A DNA stretch of 42,263 bases from Candidatus Vogelbacteria bacterium RIFOXYB1_FULL_42_16 (lineage in GTDB: Bacteria > Patescibacteriota > Minisyncoccia > Phycocordibacterales > XYD1-FULL-46-19): positions 1 to 42,263 of the forward strand of contig MHTH01000006.1 in the NCBI GenBank assembly GCA_001823055.1. The letters run 5' to 3'. Both the position numbers and the translations under genes were made by a program. Of this stretch, positions 36,116-42,263 are shown in pieces; within the stretch, counting starts at the first letter, position 1, and each line of letters starts with the position of its first letter. The notes beneath the pieces are model-generated. The model was not told where the DNA came from and made no database searches. It saw only the letters and a list, made by a program, of their open reading frames with translations.

Positions 36116-36724
36116 CTACCTCGTTTCTTTGTTTTTTATCTGGAGTGATTCGTCCAATTCATAAATTACCACTCCACCATTAGGGATTTCAAAATCAATG
36201 ATCGCTTCGTCGGCGATATTTTCCAAGTATTTAGCTAGAGCCCGTAAACTATTATGACTGGCCACAACCAAACAATTTTTGCCAGCTCGCAATTCCGGTT
36301 CGATAGCATTTTTATAATAAGGCACCACTCGCTCGTAGACATCTTGCAAACTTTCTCCTCCTTCCGGCTTGCCGGTCCAACTGCGACGTAAACGCCGATA
36401 TTCTTCCTCGCCATATTTTTGTTTGACAGCACCCTTGTCTAAACCTTGCCAAACGCCGTAATTTCTTTCATCAAAAGCTTTGTCAATTTTAATATCGGCA
36501 ATGTCTGGCCGATTTAAATATTTCAAGACCAATTCGGCCGTATTTTTGTTTCTGACTAGAGGTGAAGTAAAAACCAAATCAATTGGCTCGGCCATTAATT
36601 TATCGGCAATAATCGAAGCTTTTTCGATTCCTTCTTCACTCAAAAGCACATCGGTCCAACCGGTAAATTTATTTTCCTTGTTCCATTGCGACTGCAGATG
36701 TCGCAATAAGATAAGCTTTGCCAT
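36116..36724 (-). CDS. gpmA: 2,3-bisphosphoglycerate-dependent phosphoglycerate mutase
   Basis: LRHLQSQWNKENKFTGWTDV, ERNYG, GESL, SHNSLRAL. Confidence 0.9.
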   Translation of the reverse strand: MAKLILLRHLQSQWNKENKFTGWTDVLLSEEGIEKASIIADKLMAEPIDLVFTSPLVRNKNTAELVLKYLNRPDIADIKIDKAFDERNYGVWQGLDKGAVKQKYGEEEYRRLRRSWTGKPEGGESLQDVYERVVPYYKNAIEPELRAGKNCLVVASHNSLRALAKYLENIADEAIIDFEIPNGGVVIYELDESLQIKNKETR

Positions 36725-36746
36725 AATGGACTAGATTGTAACAATT

Positions 36747-37496
36747 TTAATCAGTTGAAACAACCACCAAACGCCAGCGACCAAATTGATCACGAGCGAA
36801 GCGCCACTGCGAATAATTTTCAGCCTTTAAAATTCTAGCGATTTTAGTTTTTTGTCCGACTCCAAATTCCAACCAGATTTGCCCCTTGGGTGCCAAATAT
36901 TTTTTAGCCGAGGCCAAAAAAGACCGAATAATATCCAGACCATCGGCACCAGCCCACAGAGCAGAAGCTGGTTCCCACCGGAGCGTAGTCCTTTGAACTT
37001 TACTACCTCGTCCTTGTTTGGCAACATAGGGCGGATTGGCCAGAATCAGATCAAATCGGCCAGACAAACCAGAAAAGATATCGGCTTTTTTGACTGAAAA
37101 CCTGGTCGGATCAAATCGATTCAAGCGTAAATTTTTTTTGATTTGACGGAGGCAATGATCTTCTACATCAGCCAAAGTCACTTTGGCCTTCGGACAATTT
37201 TTTAAGACCGCCAAACCGATGCAACCAGAACCGGAAAAAATATCCAGAATCTTGACTTGTCGCTGACCAATCTCTCCCACCACTTGTCTGACCCAAAATT
37301 CAGTTTCCTCTCGCGGAATCAATGGTCGTTCTGATAGATCGATTTTTACGCCTAAAAATTCTCGCCAACCAATAACATAATCCAGTGGTTCACCTTTGAC
37401 CAACCTCTCTAGATCGGCAAAAAAGGCCGGTGTTTCGATACCATGGTATTTATCCCGCAATAACCAATTTTTGTCTCTCTGATTCATTTTTAACAT
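36747..37496 (-). CDS. prmC: Release factor glutamine methyltransferase
   Basis: GEPLDYVIG, LIPREETE, DIFSGSGCIG, NPPY. The start is likely 37496 or 37487, since the longer ORF start lies in an intergenic IR. Confidence 0.9.
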   Translation of the reverse strand: MLKMNQRDKNWLLRDKYHGIETPAFFADLERLVKGEPLDYVIGWREFLGVKIDLSERPLIPREETEFWVRQVVGEIGQRQVKILDIFSGSGCIGLAVLKNCPKAKVTLADVEDHCLRQIKKNLRLNRFDPTRFSVKKADIFSGLSGRFDLILANPPYVAKQGRGSKVQRTTLRWEPASALWAGADGLDIIRSFLASAKKYLAPKGQIWLEFGVGQKTKIARILKAENYSQWRFARDQFGRWRLVVVSTD

Positions 37497-37509
37497 CAAA
37501 AAATTAGGT

Positions 37510-37618
37510 ATCTTTTTCCTAACTAAATTTTTTAACCTTGCGCAGCGCGACTGGCGCGAGCAGAGCAAAAATTCAGCAGAATTTTATGTGTGTTAAAAAA
37601 TTTAGTTAGGAAAAAGAT
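37510..37618. repeat. 27-bp perfect inverted repeat enclosing small hairpins
   Basis: ATCTTTTTCCTAACTAAATTTTTTAAC (37510-37536) / GTTAAAAAATTTAGTTAGGAAAAAGAT (37592-37618). Confidence 0.75.
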
Positions 37619-38337
37619 CATGAAAACCGCATCGAATCACGCCATTTTTCATAAAGCGCCTTGGTCGCCTCCAGATCACCGACATTATAACGAGCAATAT
37701 CCAAGTACTGTTTATTGGCAAAAAGTTCGGCCACATTATCACCGGAGACACCATCAGCCTTAGGACTTTTAATCCCGAGCGCTCGACACCATAAGTGCAA
37801 ACTCCCCTTGGACCGTGAAGCGCCATAAAAACTAAGCTGATCAAACAAATCGATATGAACCGCGCCAAAACGCTGACTACTCAAATAACGATTAGACATC
37901 AAATCTTTGGAAATTTTTACACCATTGACCATTGAACGCACCATCAAAAAAGGTACATCAAAAGCCCGACCATTAAAACTGATGAATTCACTATAACGCT
38001 TGGCTCCTTCCCAAAAATGCTCCAGCATTTCCTTTTCGGACATCGGTTTAAATTTAATTTTACCAGCCTCCGAGTCTTCGGCCGGCTGATTAGGCGCTTG
38101 ATAATACACCACGCCCTGATCTCGATCATAGTCCAGAACACCAATCGCCACGACTTGACCAGTCAAAGGCGAAAAGCCCAAACCATTTTTTATTTTTGTC
38201 AATTCTCGGTCGTAATCTTCTTCCGATTCGAAACCTTCTTTAATCCATTTGGTTAAAATTTCTTGCGTCGTCTCGTCTAGCTCATCAAAATTTTCCCCGA
38301 CGGTTTCAATATCAAAAACTAATTTACCGGTGCTCAT
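37618..38337 (-). CDS. Stand-alone DEDDy 3'-5' exonuclease (PolB-exo/RNase H-like)
   Basis: VFDIET (ExoI), FNGRAFD (ExoII), YNVGD (ExoIII). Confidence 0.85.
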   Translation of the reverse strand: MSTGKLVFDIETVGENFDELDETTQEILTKWIKEGFESEEDYDRELTKIKNGLGFSPLTGQVVAIGVLDYDRDQGVVYYQAPNQPAEDSEAGKIKFKPMSEKEMLEHFWEGAKRYSEFISFNGRAFDVPFLMVRSMVNGVKISKDLMSNRYLSSQRFGAVHIDLFDQLSFYGASRSKGSLHLWCRALGIKSPKADGVSGDNVAELFANKQYLDIARYNVGDLEATKALYEKWRDSMRFS

Positions 38338-39053
38338 ATTTTTTTATTATTAATTAGTAAAAAAGAACCGATGATCCCTGCCGTTTCGGCTCGAAGAGTA
38401 AAATCGGAAACTTTAGCAATAATCAAACCTCGATTTTTAGCCCACTTTATTTCTTCATCAGTCCAACCACCTTCCGGTCCGATAAAAATCGCTCGCGCCA
38501 CTGCTTGATCAAAAAAATCTGGCCGGAAGTCCATTCCCGATTGATCTAAAAAAATAGCAGTAGTTTCCGTCGACAAATCAGCTAGAGCCGTTTCCAATTT
38601 TACGACGGGATCGATGGCTGGCCTGATCACTTGTCCGGATTGTTCGCAGGCTTCTTTAACAATTTTTTCCAACCGATCTTGACGCAAGCCTAATTTGACA
38701 GTCCGCTCGGTCACTATCGGCACAATTCTCCCCACACCTAATTCTGTCGCTTTTTGAGCCACCAATTCAAAATTTTCTTTTTTTAAAATGGCACAAAATA
38801 AACTGGTCTCAAATTTTTTTTCGGTCTTAGCCGATTTGGATTCAACAATTTTTACTTTTAAAGAGTCTCGGCCCAATTTAGTGATCGTTACCACTGCTTC
38901 CTGACCAGTCGAATCAACCAAAGTGACCCGATCACCCACCCTAAGACGCAAAACGTTTCTAATTTGAGAAATCATTTCCTGATCGTCAATCTGAATCGGT
39001 TGTGAGGCTAAATCAAAATCACCTAAAAAACGATGTATTTTCATGATGATCAT
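38334..39053 (-). CDS. rsmE: 16S rRNA m3U1498 methyltransferase
   Basis: NVLRLRVGD, QKATELGV, EACEQS, IGPEGGW, LRAETA. Confidence 0.95.
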   Translation of the reverse strand: MIIMKIHRFLGDFDLASQPIQIDDQEMISQIRNVLRLRVGDRVTLVDSTGQEAVVTITKLGRDSLKVKIVESKSAKTEKKFETSLFCAILKKENFELVAQKATELGVGRIVPIVTERTVKLGLRQDRLEKIVKEACEQSGQVIRPAIDPVVKLETALADLSTETTAIFLDQSGMDFRPDFFDQAVARAIFIGPEGGWTDEEIKWAKNRGLIIAKVSDFTLRAETAGIIGSFLLINNKKI

Positions 39054-39077
39054 ATCATACCTGAAAATTCCTAATTT

Positions 39078-39128
39078 AAAAAATAACCTAAAAAACGGAC
39101 AGGGAGTCCGTTTTTTAGGTTATTTTTT
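39078..39128 (-). terminator. 23-bp perfect hairpin overlapping the stop codon of the 163-aa gene
   Basis: AAAAAATAACCTAAAAAACGGAC-AGGGA-GTCCGTTTTTTAGGTTATTTTTT. Confidence 0.7.
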
Positions 39129-39611
39129 CTTGGCTTCAGGAGCGGTTTTGGTCACAGGCTCAGCTGTCGGAACACTGTCATCATTCATTACCGGGCCAAC
39201 ATTGATCAATTTACCCGTCTTTTCGCTATAAAGAAAAGCTTTGCGGGCCTCGGTATAAATCAAGAGCTTATCGCCATTTTCAGCACCGGCAAAAAAAGGT
39301 TGCTGGGCTTTCAAAGAAGCGGCGTCTTTCACTGTCGCTAAAACTGGTTGTTCACCGGTCGGCAAAACAATCAAGCGACCGATTTTTTTAACCAGACTGG
39401 CAATTTCTTTAGTATCATCTTGTTTTCCAGGAGCAGAGGTATTCCCCTTTTGATAATAAGTATAGCCGGCAAAACCAGCCAGAGCGAGCAGGGCTAAAAC
39501 CACAATCGCGATAATTAATTTACTGCCACGAGATTTATTATTTGAACAAAAACTGCAACCACAATCCTTTTTCCCAGAACAAATTTCCGCTGAATTTTTC
39601 ATATTTTTCAA
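39120..39611 (-). CDS. Membrane-anchored hypothetical protein
   Basis: Cys-containing N-tail, single TM, LPTGEQPVLATV...FFAGAENGDKLLIY domain. Confidence 0.7.
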   Translation of the reverse strand: MKNMKNSAEICSGKKDCGCSFCSNNKSRGSKLIIAIVVLALLALAGFAGYTYYQKGNTSAPGKQDDTKEIASLVKKIGRLIVLPTGEQPVLATVKDAASLKAQQPFFAGAENGDKLLIYTEARKAFLYSEKTGKLINVGPVMNDDSVPTAEPVTKTAPEAKKK

Positions 39612-39703
39612 TTATTAATTTAATAAAATGATTTTAAATTAAAACTATTTTTTTGACAAATTTGACAAATTAGAAAGAAGTACAGAGGGATTATCTCAGA
39701 AAA

Positions 39704-40195
39704 TTAGATCAAAATCAATATCAGTAACAGAATGATAAAACCGATAGTGGAAAAAATCAGTTTCGGATATTGTCGACGAATCTCAATAAAAGTGTTCAGG
39801 CCCAAAGCCATTAAAGCCAGTAAAAGCAGAAACTTATAATAAAGCGAGCTAACCAGCAAGACATTATGCAAATCGAAAGACTTAGATTGCTTCATCAGAG
39901 AATACTGTTGAAATAAAGTTGGCTTAATCACTGGTAAATTTGCCCCATCGATATCGGTCGAGACGATATTTCTATTAATTTCTAAACTTTCCCCTTGACT
40001 TTGATTATTAGCAACACTGGGAACCAAAGAGACTGATAATGGAAACATGAAGATAACTCCAATAACAAAGATTTTTATTACTATCGATGTAATAATATAA
40101 AAAAGAATTCGAAAAGGGTTGAGGGCGTGTGGTTGGAAATTATTTCCACGATGAGGAATGAACAAATTTTTAATATTTACTTTCTTTCTAGGCAT
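39704..40195 (-). CDS. Membrane hypothetical protein (resembles the termini of CPR CAP-domain proteins)
   Basis: FIPHRGNNFQPHAL N-terminus, TM, short linker, two C-terminal TMs around IEIRRQYPKLI. Confidence 0.55.
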   Translation of the reverse strand: MPRKKVNIKNLFIPHRGNNFQPHALNPFRILFYIITSIVIKIFVIGVIFMFPLSVSLVPSVANNQSQGESLEINRNIVSTDIDGANLPVIKPTLFQQYSLMKQSKSFDLHNVLLVSSLYYKFLLLLALMALGLNTFIEIRRQYPKLIFSTIGFIILLLILILI

Positions 40196-40314
40196 AAAAA
40201 CAATAATTAAAAAATAAAGTGATTAATATAGACCAATACTTAAAATGATACCATGATCAAACATCAAGTCCAAGATCAGAAATCAACAAGCTCTGTTAAT
40301 CACTTTTAAATTTT

Positions 40315-41016
40315 CTAGGGTCGCCACAATTGGATAACTTCCGCAATAAACACTCTTCCCTCTTTGTCGTCGGTCCGTCCGATGATTTTAATTTTTGAGC
40401 CGTTTTTCGGTCTGGCTCCACCTAGCCAATCAATATCTTCTCCTATCACCAACCAATCTTGACCGTTAAAATCACGGACCAATAGATTCTTTTGATCGGC
40501 GACCGCGATAATTTCTCCACCCAACAGACCCTTGTCTGGATTTGACCACAATTTCAAATTAGCCGAATTAAAGTTCTGATAATGAGGAATCAAGCGGGCG
40601 GAAAAATTTTCCAATTCATCACCCCAACCGATAAAATAAGAAAAAGAACCGATGAAAAAACTTAGAGTCAAAATCACCCCGATTAATTTAGGCGTTTTTA
40701 ACTGATAACCCCGTCGAGTCAACTCTAGATTATGAGAGGCCAGCCAGACCGTAACCAAAATTACCACCAACCAAAACAGGGGCAGACTGGATAAAATATC
40801 GCTGACGCTCAAACCCATGACCGAACTATAAAGTCGCCAATCATTTTGGGCTAAATAAGAAATCGCTACCGACAAAACCAAACTGCCGACAAAAACCGCT
40901 CCGCCAAAAATCACCCACCAGACCCAATCCACCAGCAAGATCTGCCAACGAGGCTTGGGATGTAGAGACTCGGTTTTTATCTTGGTGATAATTTCATTTT
41001 TTAGATCATTGGTCAT
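40315..41016 (-). CDS. Membrane protein, putative anti-sigma partner
   Basis: Three TMs plus a C-terminal OB-like beta domain; starts 9 nt after the ECF sigma stop. Confidence 0.55.
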   Translation of the reverse strand: MTNDLKNEIITKIKTESLHPKPRWQILLVDWVWWVIFGGAVFVGSLVLSVAISYLAQNDWRLYSSVMGLSVSDILSSLPLFWLVVILVTVWLASHNLELTRRGYQLKTPKLIGVILTLSFFIGSFSYFIGWGDELENFSARLIPHYQNFNSANLKLWSNPDKGLLGGEIIAVADQKNLLVRDFNGQDWLVIGEDIDWLGGARPKNGSKIKIIGRTDDKEGRVFIAEVIQLWRP

Positions 41017-41025
41017 GATTTTATT

Positions 41026-41616
41026 TTATTGATTACTAAGACCTTTTTGTTCAGCTAATGTTTTTAATTTCTTTTTAGCACGATTGATCAGTGTCGCCAC
41101 CGTACCCAGCGGTTTTTTCATAATATCGGAAATTTCTTGATAATCTTTTTCTTCCAAAAAACGGAGAATGATCACCGCTCGATAATCCCCAGACAACTCG
41201 TCGATCAAAAGACGAACTTGAGAACCAAATTCCTGACGCCCAATTTCTTTTTCCAAATCCAATTCATCGGCCAGCGACGACCAAAAACCATCATCGGGAT
41301 CGACAGCGGTCATCGGTCGAGAACGACTTCGACGCCAGTAATCGATCACTTGATTATGGGCAATTCGATAAATCCAAGAAGAAAATTTCAAACTGTGGTC
41401 AAAATCGTTAAGATTGCGATAAATTTTAATGAAGATTTCTTGCAAAATATCTTTAATTTCATCTTCATCCACTCTGGTTAGCCGACGAATATAGCGAGCG
41501 AGAGCTTCGTTGTAACGATCAATAATCACGCCGAAAACTTCTGAGTTGGCCAGAACCAACGGGATTAAATCTTCATCTTTTTTCTTTGCCACTTCTGTTG
41601 TTAGAAGGCTACTCAT
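41026..41616 (-). CDS. ECF sigma factor (SigW/SigE-like)
   Basis: DILQEIFIKIY, FSSWIYRIAHNQVIDYWR (region 2), YQEISDIM..PLGTVATLINRAKKKL (region 4). Confidence 0.93.
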   Translation of the reverse strand: MSSLLTTEVAKKKDEDLIPLVLANSEVFGVIIDRYNEALARYIRRLTRVDEDEIKDILQEIFIKIYRNLNDFDHSLKFSSWIYRIAHNQVIDYWRRSRSRPMTAVDPDDGFWSSLADELDLEKEIGRQEFGSQVRLLIDELSGDYRAVIILRFLEEKDYQEISDIMKKPLGTVATLINRAKKKLKTLAEQKGLSNQ

Positions 41617-41628
41617 ATCAAAAAAATC

Positions 41629-42263
41629 CTACCGCAAAACTGACCAGAGATCCGGACTGCTTTCACCATCGACTTTAAACAAAGCTACCCCTTTCAAGCC
41701 GTATTTTTTGGCCATAGTTACTTTTTGAGCAATCGCTACCGGATCAGAAAAAGACACCACCCGCCATTTACCATCTTTCAAGTAAGTAAAACCTAATTCA
41801 CCGGCTTTATTGCGAGTGGGAGTAGCTTGATAATCACGAGCCAAATCCAACATCGTCTGATAAGTCAAAGCTTTTAATTTTTTGTAAGTATAAGAACCGT
41901 TTTTTTCCGTCACTTCATAAACATAACCATAATTAGCCACTCCCAACACAATTTTATTGGCCGGAATTTTATTAAGAGCGATATTGATAATTTTAGCTAC
42001 CCATTCAGCATCAGCCACCGGTGCATAATAACCATCTCGACTCTTTCTCTCGTTTAAACGCAAATCAATCGTCGTCTGATCATAAGCCATCAAACGCACT
42101 TCATCGCAAACTTTGGCTAAAACCACATAATCATTGGCAAAACGAATATCATCGGGAATCTTGTCAAAGCGCGAGGCATCGGGGGTTCGAGGCTCAATCG
42201 TGCAGATTAAAATTTTCTTCTCGGCGTGAAGTTTAGCCGACAATTCCGTCAAAAATTTAGAAA
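41629..42263 (-). CDS. Glycoside hydrolase family 18 protein (C-terminal part; starts outside the window)
   Basis: LMAYDQ, KIVLGVANYGY, AKKYGLKGVALF; the frame stays open to the window edge; the catalytic DxDxE motif is not visible. Confidence 0.75.
   Translation of the reverse strand, partial: SKFLTELSAKLHAEKKILICTIEPRTPDASRFDKIPDDIRFANDYVVLAKVCDEVRLMAYDQTTIDLRLNERKSRDGYYAPVADAEWVAKIINIALNKIPANKIVLGVANYGYVYEVTEKNGSYTYKKLKALTYQTMLDLARDYQATPTRNKAGELGFTYLKDGKWRVVSFSDPVAIAQKVTMAKKYGLKGVALFKVDGESSPDLWSVLR

Noticed and set aside
37497-37568. N-terminal extension of PrmC in the ORF track
   Set aside because: It lies within the 27-bp inverted-repeat element and begins at a non-ATG codon.
1-42263. 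Alternative genetic code (TGA=Gly), and tRNA/rRNA genes
   Set aside because: Conserved genes are full length under code 11 and several end in TGA; no tRNA or rRNA sequence was recognised by eye.

Overview
This looks like a chromosomal segment of a Patescibacteria (CPR, Parcubacteria-like) genome. The assignment is inferred from compact housekeeping genes, two mreB paralogues, a short ProRS, a degenerate HolB and AT-rich leaders; TGA is used as stop. Most of the window is housekeeping: a partial dcw cluster (mraZ-rsmH-ftsL-ftsI-murF), lysS, greA, proS-mreB-mreC-(mreD-like)-mrdA, rseP, frr, holB, a second mreB, murA, priA-def-fmt, hpf, a cdaA-YbbR fusion, eno, gpmA, prmC, rsmE and an ECF sigma factor. 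There is also a WxL/Csc-like surface-protein cluster. The standout is a roughly 3 kb AT-rich non-canonical integron-like element (28951-31927). It has a 270-aa tyrosine recombinase lacking the IntI-specific insertion, face-to-face extended -10 promoters, an attI-like site and three single-ORF cassettes. Each cassette is closed by an atypical attC-like site with a shared three-way-junction consensus. Each cassette's two ends are also mutually complementary well beyond the 7-bp core. The window additionally holds a dispersed structured intergenic repeat, small AGGT-N3-ACCT palindromes (one in frame inside fmt) and a PriA with eroded helicase motifs. All calls are by eye; no searches or folding programs were run.
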